From Heteronotia binoei (taxonomy: Eukaryota): a stretch of 64,000 nucleotides of DNA. The position numbers and the translations under genes are program-made. Position 1 is the stretch's first letter. Every line of letters starts with the position of its first letter. Below the pieces are notes generated by a model. The model worked only from the letters and a program-made list of their open reading frames with translations. It was not told the origin of the DNA and did not search any database. The stretch lies in NCBI RefSeq assembly GCF_032191835.1, contig NC_083229.1:43524001-43588000 (forward strand), written 5' to 3'. Positions 1-11,761 of the stretch are shown here, piece after piece.

Positions 1-270
1 TTCCGTGAGATCCAGTGAGGTGAGGTGAGGAACTCTCCTGGTTGTAAGACCTCTGTGATATTCTATGGCATTGATCTCTAAGAGATGTGTGATGGCCTTG
101 TTCATTATAGATCTTTTTGTAGAGTTCTTCTGGATCGGGGACACCAGAAAACGTTCCGGTGGAATGCTTTTGAATTCTATTGCATACCCGCATGATACGA
201 TTTCTAATGTCCAGCAATCTATTTGGAAAGCCTCCCAAGCGTCTTGAAAATATTGAAGTCTTCCCCCTAC
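1..270 (-). pseudogene. DIRS reverse transcriptase N-terminal fragment
   Basis: Manual translation gives VGGRLQYFQDAWEAFQIDCWTLEIVSCGYAIEFKSIPPERF...HLLEINAIE, then jumps to ITEVLQPGEFLTS/LDLTE (RT motif region) across a deletion and a cctca duplication. Confidence 0.8.
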
Positions 271-286
271 CGGAGTTGAAGTCCAA

Positions 287-1809
287 TCAAGCCTTGTTGT
301 ATTTTGGCTCCCGGTCCTGCTTGTCTCTACGCTCTGGATTCTGCTTGTTGAATCTAGGATTATTGAACCCTTTTCTGAAGGGTTGTCTTGGTTGGTTCCA
401 GGATGATCTCTTGTTATCTGCATAGGATCTTGATCTGGCCAATGTGTGTGAGGAATGTAAGGACTGAGAATAGAAGCTTCTTCTGTCAGTTCTGCAAATG
501 TTCCTTGGCATGGCTTTCTTTTTGTCTTTGGTTTCCACTAAGATCTTATCTAAGGCACTACCAAAGAGCTTTTCTCCTTGAAACGGATACGATATCACGA
601 TTTGTTTGGAATGGTTGTCTGCAGGCCATGCTCTAAGCCAGATGCCTCTTCTGCCTACTGCCCCTGACGCCAGATCTCTGGAACAGAAGGTGAGGGCATC
701 TAGAGAAGCGTTGGCCGTGAACTCTGCTGCTTTAAGTAGTCTGGTGGTTCCCTCCATCAATTTCTTAATATTTTCTGGTAGCAATTGAGAGAGTCTCCTA
801 GCCGAGACTATGGCTGCTCTAGATAGACGATGCAGTACATGCCTTAATTACCACCTCGTGTGATCTTTTTAGGGCTAGGTCAATTTTCTTGTCCCAATTA
901 TCTCTAATGGAACTGTGCCTGTCTTCTGACACCAAACCCGGATTTTGAAGAGCCATCACTGGTGCATCCAGTGGTGCATCCAGTGGTGCATCCTGCATGC
1001 ACTGGTGCATCCTGCAACATTTCGTTTGCAAAAACAGGCAAATCATATAACTTTTTTACAAAGGCAGGAAACTGCCGATTAGAGTTAGGTTTTCCCCATT
1101 CAGCTTTTAATTGTCTCTCAAAGAATTGTGGAAATGGAAAAACCTTGGTAGTGGTGTGTGAGCCTGGGAAAAACTCCCTATCCCCAGTAGTTTTATTCCT
1201 GGGATTGGTATCAGTATTGCGATTCTCCTCCCCAGAGGCAGAATCTTGGAGCGCCAGTGCTGCCATGACCCTGGTTAACAAATACTGATAGTCATCAGCT
1301 TTAAAGCAGCGAACTGACTGCTCTGGGACACAGACATCCTCCACCTCCTCATCTGAAATAAAACTCTCTTGATCTTTGGATTGTGACTCTACATCCGGCT
1401 GATTCTCCTCTGAATCGTCCTCTAATAATCTAGAGTTAGAGATCTCTTTTCTGGCTGCCTTAGTTGGCCAGTTGCGCTCTATGGAAAGATTTTTCTCTGG
1501 GCGCTTTGAGGAGGAAGAAGGAGGGGAAGGAGATCTGGATCCCACTGACCCCATGCCCATAGCCCCTGATTGACAGGCATTAAACATTTCTGCTCTAATT
1601 GTTTGCTGGAGCATAGCCATAAATTCAATAGAAAATGGCCCTTTAGGGTACAGTACATTACCACTTTGTTGTATTAGGGCTGGGTCGACCGTGGAGGCGT
1701 GATCCGATAGGGGTTGGCTTCCTGTATTGTCTCCCACCGGGAGATTGGTAACTGTCCCAAGGGGCAAAGCATAAGACTCCTGGCACCTGTCTGGCGAAAC
1801 ACGCGCCAA
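287..1809 (-). pseudogene. DIRS gag-like ORF1, broken by frameshift and stops
   Basis: ORFs 904-1809, 819-1046 and 287-784 contain vertebrate DIRS gag-like motifs (FPFPQFFERQLKAEWGKP, DAPV..LQ..GLVSED, ASLDAL...RRGIWLRAW...YPFQGEKLFG). Confidence 0.8.
958..1013. repeat. 12-bp tandem repeat (a[c/g]tggtgcatcc) inside DIRS gag
   Basis: Four to five copies of ggtgcatcc are directly visible; they encode DAPL/DAPV repeats and coincide with the gag frameshift. Confidence 0.85.
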
Positions 1810-4364
1810 AAATCCTCCTTCAAAATGGCTGCTGTCAGATTCAAGCCTCTAGTGGGGAGGAACTTCAAGCCCTTCTGTTGAAGCCCCTGGACGTTTCACC
1901 CCACGGTGACTGAAGTCACTAAAACGGGCAACGTTGCCGGGAACCACAGCAAGCTGGGAAGACATGCTGGTCCCAGGGTCCACTCCTACAGCCTCAGTGC
2001 AAGGACTTATGGAGGGCGCATCTTCTAGGAACTCGTCCCTGAAATTTTCCATCCGCCGCTCTTTGCCACGCTTTGCAAGTGAAGGCAAGGAAAAAAAGTC
2101 AGCCCCTTTAAAAGCAGCCGCGGCCGCACCGCTCTCCCAACTACTGTGAAGGTGTGAAGGCAGATGGAAAGTGAAAGTAGCTCAGTGTAACAGACTGGAA
2201 CTTAAGAAGATTGTTAGAAAGAGAAGTAAAGTTGGGGGAAAAGGAAGAATTAGATTAGGAATAAAGAATAGGATTAAAATTGCTTCCTATCTTCTAGGAG
2301 CTAAACTAGCTAGTTGCTCTCCCTCTAGAGGCAGGAAAGAAACTGAAGAGATCTGGGTGCTCCAGGGTCAAGGAAGAGGAAGAAGAATTATTCTATTTCC
2401 TGCCTCCCTGACAAGATGGTGGAAAGCACCCAAGATGGCCTCCGACTCAGAGGGAGAATGGACAAGCCAGAGCTATCCAGACCAGGGCCTTGCCCTACCT
2501 AGGAAGGCTATTTTAGACTAGCTTCTGAGCATCTACACAGTGAAAATTAAATATTTATCTTCCCCACCTGTACACTTAAACAAACTATGTGTTGGGAGTG
2601 AAATATCATTTCACTATGCTATTGTTAATCTTCTTTCTACTTGTTTCCATGCTGCAGAATAGTAATGTGTATCACTGGTATACTGCATTTTTTTTTTAAT
2701 GATGGCTCTTGCCACTGGAAATTGTTACTCCTAGCCCAGGATTTTGTACCAGTTGATGAGGCTAATGATGCTTTTCACTTTAAGTTGCAGTATTAGGACT
2801 GGATTGAGCCTCAGTCTTCTGCCTATGCTAAACATATGCTATTTCAGTTTTTGTAATAATTAGCTTCTAGTTGAAACTTTGGTTCTGTTTCCCAGGAGGC
2901 TTTAGGACACTTCAGGTGACATGTCTTTGCTGGTACAGATAATGCTATACATGACATTTGGAATGTTTGCATACTATCAAATTCTGAACAGATAGAGTAT
3001 CAGAACCTAGCTTCCTGGGATTCTTTTAGTCAACCTTGACTCTCTGAGTCAACCTACTTAACTCTGTTTTCCTTGGCCTTCTTGACCCCAAGACATGACA
3101 GAGCTCAGCCCTTTCTCTCTCTGTCAGCTCATCACAGAGTTGATTGACAGTTACATTAGCTCTTATGGATGGGAAAAGGTATTTAATGTGTGAATGTATT
3201 CTTGTTTCTGGTTGTTCTGGTCAACCTCCCTGTGTTAAGGGACTTGGCAGAATAACCAAGATATATCCTTTATAAAGTCCCAGTACACTCTAATTGGATA
3301 TTTAAGTAATTTGATTAATCGTGTATGCTGCATACCAGATTCTTATATGTTTTAATTAATTTACAGCTGAGATTAAATAAATAAGAGGGGGGGTTAGAAC
3401 AGTTCTCTCTCTTTCTCGATGCAAACGGAAAACCAGCTTCTCTCCCTCCTCAAATGAATATAGTGGGGATGGAAATGCATGAAAAGGTTCCTGCACTTTT
3501 CATTTCCCTAACACTTTACATGTACAGCTCTTTTTAGACTTCTAGCAGAACCCCAAAGGCACTGAAGCCCACTGTACCTTTATCTAGGTTGAAACCTGCA
3601 TATCATTAATGAGTCACCATCACATGATTTATTTTTCAAGAGTCCACTTATCAACAGGAGAGCATCCAGAAACCTTATGCTGGTTTATTTCCACCCCCCC
3701 CCCCAAACAAAGAAGCAGGAAGTCATAATCATGAACAATGCACCTCATATATGCTGGGGTTTTTGTTGGTAATCTGTGAAAAATTCAGAGGCTCGAAAAG
3801 ATAGCAGTGAGTGACATAAGGGAATGAATAAAAACCAAAAGTGTGGTAATCGCAAGAAAATACAGGTGCAGCACTTGCTTACCAAAGTGATATTTCTAGC
3901 CTTAGATTAGGAAAGGGCCAGTCATGCATAAAATCATTGCCAAACCCACACAGGGAAAACAATTTTTTTTTTCCATCTTAAGTCTGTCAATCATTTTAAT
4001 CCTGTTTACAAAGGACATTTCTATAATCACCAAATTGATTTTAGCTGAAAATGTAGCTCTTTCCTAAATAGTCATGTGCTAATTATTAAACAAACTAAAA
4101 ATCAGTATGTGCAGCTTCTTTTAACTGATCGTCAGAATCAGTCTGTTGCTTGAATTGCTTCAAATTCTGTCTACTGGTTAGGGCAATGTACAGTGCAATT
4201 CTAAGCAGAGCTGAATTCAGTAGGCTTAGAAGGGTGTAACTTTGCTTAGGATTTCACATAAATTCTCCTTCCTCCACTCCCCGCACCCCAAGTAATTATG
4301 CTTGTGCATACCGGTAATATATTTTTGCAAGGTCCAACTGTATGATATATCTGGATGAGTTGGG

Positions 4365-6108
4365 TAGGGGTATGCAAAAAAAAAAAAATCGGAATTAATC
4401 GAATTCTGAAATATACGGGGCCGAAATATTCCGAATACCATATATTTCTGAATACCGGTATTCGGAATAGCCGTATATATTCGGAATAGCTGTATATACG
4501 GGAGATATACGGCTATTTCCAAATATACGGCCCAATTATACCCTATGGACCATTGAAATCATTGGCAAAATAGGGTACATTGGAAGTCACCTGGAGGGGA
4601 GGGGGGTTGAGGGAGATCCCTCAAATTTGCAGGGGACCCCTACGAACCCCCCAAGTCCCAAAAAGATTGGGCTAGGAGTTCCCATTCCAGGGGAACTCAA
4701 AGAGGGTGCATCTATCCCACCATTATATCCTATGGGCCATTGAAATCAATGGCAACATAGGACATAATCAGAGGCTACTGGGGGGCAGGGGGTTTGAGGG
4801 AGAGCCCCTAAAATTGCAAGGAACCCTTCAACTCCAAAAATAGCTCTATAAAAACATGAAAGTGACCCAACCCCACACAGCCCACACACCAACCCCCTCA
4901 CACCAATCAGAGGTAATTAAAAAAACCCCAAAACATGACAGGAAGAAACTTAACTTTTAACACACACATACTCAAAAAAAAACAGAACCAGGAAAAGGGA
5001 CAACAGGACAGGATGCAAAACCAACAGCAACAGATCCAAACAAATCCGAGAAAAGGCCAACAAGCTCAACTGTTTAAAAACTGAACTTTTTAACAATAAA
5101 AATTAGGCCAAACAGCCCCCCCCCAAAAGAACCAGAACCAGAAGAGAAAAGGAACAACAGCAGCACAACGCAGCAGCAACAAATCAAACACAGAATCCTT
5201 TTTAAACAGTAAAAAACTTGACTTTTAACAATACAGGAACTTAACCAACTCCTCCCCCCAAAAAACCCTTCACCCTAACCCCAAGAAATCCAAGCCATCC
5301 AAATCTGGAAAAGTAAAAGGACACTGAACTTTTAAAAGTCCTCTCACTAAAGTTAGATATAGGCAAATTGGCAACCCCCCACACCTGGCCCCCACCCCCA
5401 GCAGAACCCCCTAACTCTAACCCCAAATAAGCTACCCACCCACCCAAATCTGGATAAGTAAAGGGACTCTGAGTCTTAAAAAGTCCTTCTACTTTTATCC
5501 TAACTAAAATAAAAACAAGAACCCCAAGACTGTCTTACCTTAGATGTCTTCTCCAGGCAGGTCAGGCAAGGCTGAGAGCAGCAGCAGCTGAGGTCAAGGG
5601 CCAGCGCAGCACAATCTTTCTCTCATACCAACACAGAAGCAATGGAATGGAGTTCAGCCAGGCAGACTCCTTAAAAAGGTTCTCTGGCCCTACACAGAGC
5701 AGTTTCAAAAAATACCACTGCTCTGTGATTGGCCAGAGAACAGTGTTTACTTGGATATCCAAGTAAACAAAAGAACAACAATGTTGCTGATGGCTGGGGG
5801 GTTAGGCCAGCCATCAGCTACACAACAGCCCTGCAAAGCATGCATTTGCAATGCATTTTGCAAATGCATGCTTTGGATTGGCTGCTGGGGCTCCTCTCTC
5901 CCTCCCCCTCCCTCCCTGATCCCAGGGAGGCTATGGGAGAGGCAGGAAAAGGCTTCCAAAGGTGGGAAAGGAGGCAAGCAGTTTCCCTGAGGCTGCAGAA
6001 GCTCCTTTCCTGCCTTTTACACTGAGCTCCATATACGGCTCCGTATACTTCCGAATCAGGGGTATTTGGTGGTCTATTCGGTTCAGCCAAACCGAATGCA
6101 CACCCCTA
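4365..6108. mobile_element. hAT-family non-autonomous DNA transposon (1.74 kb)
   Basis: TIRs TAGGGGTATGCA / TGCACACCCCTA. 8-bp flanks GAGTTGGG (4357-4364) and GAATTGGG (6109-6116), 7/8 match. Subterminal TATTC[C/G]GAATA and ATATACGG repeats. Internal direct duplication at about 4535-4690 / 4725-4850. Confidence 0.85.
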
Positions 6109-6337
6109 GAATTGGGTTGGGAATTCCCTGACCTGACTCGTATTTCTCACAGACAGATGGCAGCTGTGGGCAACTTATTTCTTAAGTGCCTCAGGGCCCA
6201 ATTTGGATCAGAAGGGTGGCACAGTAGGGAGAACAGGCTTCAGCCTCTACCCACTGTTTTCCTGACCAAAGTCATGTCTAAACATATCATGTAATCTGGA
6301 ACTTTGTGATAGGAACTGCAATAGGAGTGCTTCCAGT

Positions 6338-6978
6338 CAGCGGCGTCACTAGGGCGGGGCCAAGGGGGCCATCGGCCCTCCCCCAGAGCATTCTCATTGG
6401 CCCCAGGCACTGACCCATGACCCCCCCCAACAGGAAGGGGCTGGCCCTGGGACTAGAACGCTGCTGCTGTGTGGGCTGGCCGGGATTCTGAAACCGGGGC
6501 CGCGCTGCCGCCTCTACCACAAGGGGATCAGCATTCTGTTCAGCGGGGGTGAGTGGGCGGGCTGGCTGATCTTCCCAGCTCACGCTGCCGACGCGTTGCT
6601 TGCTTTCTGTGCATGGAGGGGGGGGGCTGGGCTTCCAAAACTCCAACGGTGCCTCTGGTGAGTGAGTCCTGCATGTTTTCTGTGTGCCTGGGGGTTGGGG
6701 GGCGGAGGGGCTTCCCAAGCCGGTGCCGTGTTGCTTGCTTTCTGTGCATGGGGGGGTGGGCTTCCAAAACTCCAACGGGGTTGGATTACGGGGGCTGGTC
6801 ACGTCACCAGAGGGGGCTGGTCATGTGAACAGAGGGTGGATGAGGGAGGAGCCATGTGAAGTGGGCGGGGTTGTGTGCAGAGGGGGTGACGCAGCCCTCC
6901 AAAAGGGGTGATGCCCAATGGGGGGGTGACTTGAATCAGTTACACCCCAGGGTGCAACCCACCCTAGTGACGCCTCTG
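6338..6978. mobile_element. hAT-type MITE (641 bp)
   Basis: TIRs CAGCGGCGTCACTAGGG / CCCTAGTGACGCCTCTG. Perfect 8-bp TSD CTTCCAGT. Internal duplicated G-rich block at about 6595-6655 / 6728-6785. Confidence 0.9.
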
Positions 6979-7326
6979 CTTCCAGTGGAAGCTGACCTTG
7001 TACCACCCTATTAGGCATCTTCTTCTCTGATGGTGGTGGAAAGTGTATCAAGTCACAGTTGACCCATAGAGGTCTCATAGGTTTTTCAAGGCAAAAGATG
7101 TTTAGAGTTGGCTTGCCATTGCGTATTTCTGTGTTGTGACCTTGGACTACCTTTAGTGGTGTAGCAAGGGGGCGGGGAGGGTCCATCCCATGTGCAGCTC
7201 AAAGAAGACTCTTGAAAGGGATCCTCAAAGCCAGCCACATGCTTCTATCTGATCGTTTCCCCCCTTTTATTTTAAAGTGCAGTTCTGACTGCAGCCACTA
7301 GGGGTACAGAGAAGTCTGACCATAAA

Positions 7327-7606
7327 ATAAAGTAAAGTTGTCCCCTGTGCAAGCACCAGTCATTTTTTCAACTCTGCTTTCATAACGTTTTCACGGCAGA
7401 CTTTTTACGGTGTGGTTTGCCATTGCCTTCCCCAGTCATCTACACTTTTCCCCCAGCGAGCTGGGTACTCATTTTACCGATGTTGGAAGGACGGAAGGCT
7501 GAATCAACCTGGAGTCGACTACCTAAACCAGCTTCCGCTGGGATTGAACTCAGGTCGTGAGCAGAGGGCTCTGACTGCAGTACTGCAGCTTTACCACTCT
7601 GCGCCA
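7327..7606 (-). mobile_element. Sauria (Squam1)-type tRNA-derived SINE
   Basis: The reverse complement starts TGGCGCAGAGTGG (A box) ... GAGTTCAATCC (B box) and ends in an ACTTT/ACCTTT-type tail. Same family at 23519, 28041 and 42266. Confidence 0.85.
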
Positions 7607-7731
7607 GTCTGAGCATAGCTAGGACTTCCCATTCTTCAAGACTGAAGTAAATTTGCTTAACAACTCAGCCAGCACATTGAAAGCTGCTACAGAAATTGGC
7701 AGCCTGGAGATCATTTTCCCCAGTTGTTGTA

Positions 7732-8414
7732 TGTCACCCTGACAGCTAGCCTGACTGAATAAATGACCAGCCTGATAAAGAAACCTCCTCCAGAGAGGAA
7801 AATGAAAACTCAGCTGAGATAAAGCCCATCAGTCTTCAAGCACAGAAGATGCAGGCTCTTGACAACACACTGACTGTAGCCAATCCGCCTCCTCCAGCTG
7901 CAACTAATTTTCTAGCATCCAGACCAGACATGGAAGGAGAGGCTGGGCCCACTGCTCTTCCAACAGCACCGGTGTGGAGATAGGACCTGAGAACCCATCA
8001 TAGTGAGTATCTGATGACTCACAGACACCTGTCACCAGATGAAGCAGGAGATGAGTACTTGCAGGGATATGTGCCAGAATTAGCAGTGGCTAGCAGCCCA
8101 GGGAGAGCCAGCTATAAATCCAGGCAAGGGGAAGCTGCTAATTATGGATGCAACTTGTACCATGGCTGCATAACCACCGACCCTATAGATTGGAACCTCT
8201 GTTGCTCTGAACATAGACTGGACCCTGGCCAACCTGACTTCTGGACCCCTGAACCTTGGACTGCCTGATGATTCCGCTTCTGGAATCCTGAACCTTTCTC
8301 TTGACCACTCTCCTGCCTGAACCCTTGCTTTGAGTGACTACTCGGTGCTCACTGCCTGCTTGTCCCATGGATCTTTCACCTGCTGCCAGCACCAGACTCA
8401 CTGGGGTCAGTACA
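7732..8414 (+). mobile_element. possible solo LTR (Gypsy-like)
   Basis: TG...CA ends, a TATAAA at about 8113 and repeated gacttctggac/ccttggactgcctga-type motifs. No TSD found. Confidence 0.35.
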
Positions 8415-9144
8415 CCAATAGTCTAGCCTTTCTCTCTTCCCTTCCTTCCACCCAGCTCAGCCACATTGTGCAAAGCAGAAGTTAGAGTGTTGCGTAGGTT
8501 TACCAGATGCCCTCTTTTTAGAGGACACATCCTCTTTTTCTGATGTCCTTCTTTTGGGCTCTTTTTTTAAAAAAAAATGATTAAATGTCCTCTTTTTGTG
8601 TTGAGGGGCTGAGCCTGTTTTGCCCTATAGTCTCCCAGTGAACAGGGCCGGGCCATCCATTAGGCAAACTAGACATCTGCCTAGAGTGCCAGCAGGGCAG
8701 GGAAATTCAGCTCTCCCTCCCCATGCCCTAGGCAAATCCCTCATTTGACTAAGCGCTTCACTCCCCAGCCTCCTCCTCCCTCCCTTCTCCACACCATTTC
8801 AATGTGGGAAGGAAGAAAAAAGATAAATGACAATATAATATTATAGTGCTTTAACACTATGATGCTATAGCAATTACTGAATTTTTTTTTTAAGAATAAG
8901 CTTTCAAAAAAGCCTACTGGTGATGTGGCATGAAAAAATACTGTAAAAATTGTACCCATGAAAGGCTGATGGCAGGAAAGTTGCAGTAATGTGTATGGAA
9001 TCTTTGCAGCACAGCACAATGCAAACCATTCTTTCTAGATAGTGTATTAATTTGTTTGGACTGTGTTTGGGAAGGATTGTACTGAGGATGGGAAACCTTG
9101 GAAACAGAACAGTTACAAAAATCTCCAAAAATCACTCCAATGTG

Positions 9145-10725
9145 AGGAGGAATAGGGACGTCCATGTTAAATCAAGATTTGATGAGGAGATAAGTCCCAC
9201 CTTCCTGGCTCCCTCCCGGCTCCCCCCTCCCAACTACCAGGGACTGTCAAGGGTGGAGCCATCCCCCAGGGCCTGGAGAGGGGGCTGCTGGGAAGGAGGA
9301 GGAGGCAATATGGCTACTGTTGTTTTTTTATTAGGTGAAAAATTATTTGGTGCAAACTTTATTTTTGGGGGGAGCTGTGCTTTTGTACAGGAGGGGTTTT
9401 GGAAAGTGTGCTTTTGTACGTTGTGGGGAAAATGCTTGGGTGCTTTGAAAACTGTATTTGAAAAGGACTGAAATAACAAATTCCTGGAGATTCTCCTGGT
9501 CTCTCCTGGAGAATGTTTTGCCAGGAGTTCTCTCTTCCTGCAAGTCCCAGGGCTTTCCTCACAAGGAACAGTGCCCTTTTTAAAAAGCAAAGCAGCTGCA
9601 TGTTTTTTTCTGTGATAGAGTTCTCTTTTTGCAAGGAACAGACACCATTTATTTTTAAAGCCTGCACAAAAGCTGAGAGAGACAGCTTTTACCAAGAGAA
9701 ATCCCCCACCCCCTTCCCACTGCCAGCCACAGTCAGCAAACTTTAATCATGCAAGCTCACGTTTCCCTCACACAAGCAGCCCCGAAGACTGCGAAGCCCA
9801 AGAGCAAAAAGTTTTCAGCATGCAAACAGAGTTTTAAGCAATAAAACAAAGTTTAACCATTCTAAACATGCTAAGACAGAGAGAGAGAGGAAAATGATTT
9901 TAGCATACAGTGTTTCAAGTCCCTTTAGAACAGAAGTCCCTTCTGTTAGAACAGAGGGAGAAAGAGACAGAGAGACATCCCCATTGCCCCTACAGCCAGC
10001 CATAGATTGCTAGAGTCATTTTAAAATACAGACACAGACACACAGTTTCCTTCAGAGCTTTAGCACATCCCAGGAAAAAAGCCCCTTCAGCTTCCTAAAG
10101 CAGCAGACCTACTTCCCTGAAAGAGAGAGAGCCCCAGAGAAAGACACACACACACACAGAATGCAATTGCTTACTAACCACAGCTTTTAAAAAGCAAAAA
10201 TGGCTTTTAAAACACAGCCACATTTTTTCCTCCTTGAGATGTGTATTGGAAGGCAGGCAGTGAGCTACTGACTAACAGAGTCAGTTGAACAGCAAATGCC
10301 AGCTGAGGATGGGACTAGACAAGCGGGGCTCCAATCAACAGCTTGCCAGACAGAATTTACCCTGGCTGGAAAGATGGTTCTAGCCATTCAGGAAGTAGGA
10401 AATCACATGGTCCTTTTCAGCCAATGGCAGCTACATCCTTCAGCCAGCATTTCTAATGCTGAAGAGGAATCCTCCCCCTCTCCCTTCATTTGCTGCTGTC
10501 TCTGACTTGTTAAAATAAAAAGCACACAAACTTTATAAATAATAATAAGACAATGGATTTGTATTCTGCCCAACACACAGCTCACAGTCTCCTATAGCGT
10601 CCTCCCATACAACAAACATTCTGTGAGGCAGGTGGGTGTGAGAGAACTCTTTTAAAAGCAGTGCTTTCAAGGACAAGCTCTGTGATAGCCACGACAGCCC
10701 TGACAGGTAGGCTTAGGGGGAGGAG
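9145..10725 (+). repeat. Maverick left terminal inverted repeat (about 1.6 kb)
   Basis: Aligns by eye in blocks with the reverse complement of 20284-21730, e.g. 9560-9690 vs 21190-21320 and 10490-10725 vs 20284-20535. The inner boundary is approximate. Confidence 0.88.
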
Positions 10726-10755
10726 TTGGGGAATCAAACCAAAAATGGGCTCTGA
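10535..10755 (-). mobile_element. Squam3-like SINE remnant embedded in left TIR
   Basis: cccatacaacaaacattctgtgaggcaggtggg...tttcaaggacaagctct...ggggaatcaaacc matches the free SINE copies at 24730-25012 and 59985-60237. Confidence 0.75.
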
Positions 10756-11009
10756 ATGAAACAATTAAAAAAACACACGTTTCACAATTTTAAAAGTTTG
10801 CATAGTGGCTGCTAGGGTGCTTTTTAAAAATAAAAATTAAAGTCTGCATAGAGCTGTGTGGAAAACAGAGCAGGCACAGGGCCGTCTTGGACTGCATAGA
10901 TAAGAATGGGGGGGGGGGGGCAACCACGAGGCTAAAAGGGGGCTTTCAGACAGTTGCATTTTAAACAAGCCTGCAGTTTTCCAGGATTTCTGTGCAACAA
11001 AATTTCAGC

Positions 11010-11761
11010 ATGGATCCCCCAAAGCAGCAGCTCTTTAAGGTGGGTGTCATGCCCATGTTTCAAAATTTTAAATGCAAATGGGTGCCAGATTTCTTTTATT
11101 TCTCAGTCCACTTATATTTTCTGTCTACAGAAAATCACATTGTCTATGCCACAGGACCATTCCTGCTCTCTGCAGAAGACCTATACGTCGCTGAGAATGA
11201 GAGTATGTGCAATGTTGCCATCTTCCAGGCAGAATCAGGAGATCTCCAGTTTTCCTGGAGAAAAAGGGTAGACTTTATGGCATAGGGTTTTTTGATGAGT
11301 TCAAAGGATTAATTTCCTTTCTTTTAACAGTTGAAATGCCAATTTCAGTAGACAGTGCCAGTACCCAGCACGTGGCTTCTATACCTGGCACAGCTGACCA
11401 GCAAGTGACTGTCTGGCCTATTCCAGAACCAGCTGTGAAACATGGTAAGATTCTTAAACAGTTTGGCCATTGTGGGGGTAAAGCCTCATAGGTTATTTTT
11501 AACACAATTGTGGCACTTTTATGCAGAGGTGTTTTTTTTTTTTAAATGAGGAGAATGGGACAAGCAGGGACCTCTAGGCAGACCCTGGAGATCTCCAGTT
11601 TCTCTGGAGAAAAAGGGTAGACTCTATCGCTTTGGGTTCAAAGGATTAATTTCCTTTCTTTTTAACAGTGGAAATGTCAATTTCAGGGTGTAGTGGCAGT
11701 CCCCAGCAATTGGCTTCTATTGTGACAGCCTGGTCTGTTCCAGAACCAGCTGTGGAACCTG
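11010..11761 (+). other. putative spliced gene of unknown function inside the Maverick (exons about 11009-11039/43, 11131-11202, 11331-11444, 11669-11761), truncated by copia
   Basis: Three internal exons have polypyrimidine-ag acceptors and gtatgt/gtaaga donors. Their lengths are 72, 114 and 93 nt, all multiples of 3 and all open in phase 1. Exons 3 and 4 are tandem duplicates. Confidence 0.6.

Larger units (their letters stand above)
1..2550 (-). mobile_element. DIRS1-like tyrosine-recombinase retroelement, decayed; 5' part (runs off the window start)
   Basis: Minus-strand gag-like ORFs followed by the start of a DIRS-type RT. Short inverted motif gaggcaggaaa / tttcctgcctc at about 2328-2407 near the 5' end. 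The right boundary is approximate. Confidence 0.8.

Noticed and set aside
958-1013. Short regularly spaced repeats resembling a CRISPR array
   Set aside because: A simple 12-bp tandem repeat without unique spacers, in a vertebrate retroelement.
7732-8414. Confident solo-LTR call
   Set aside because: TG...CA ends and LTR-like motifs are present but no TSD was found, so it is kept only as a low-confidence feature.
9052-9746. ORFs of 77-153 aa in the left TIR, with similar peptides at 21097-21777
   Set aside because: The similarity only reflects the inverted repeat. The frames are not preserved between arms and no domain is recognisable.
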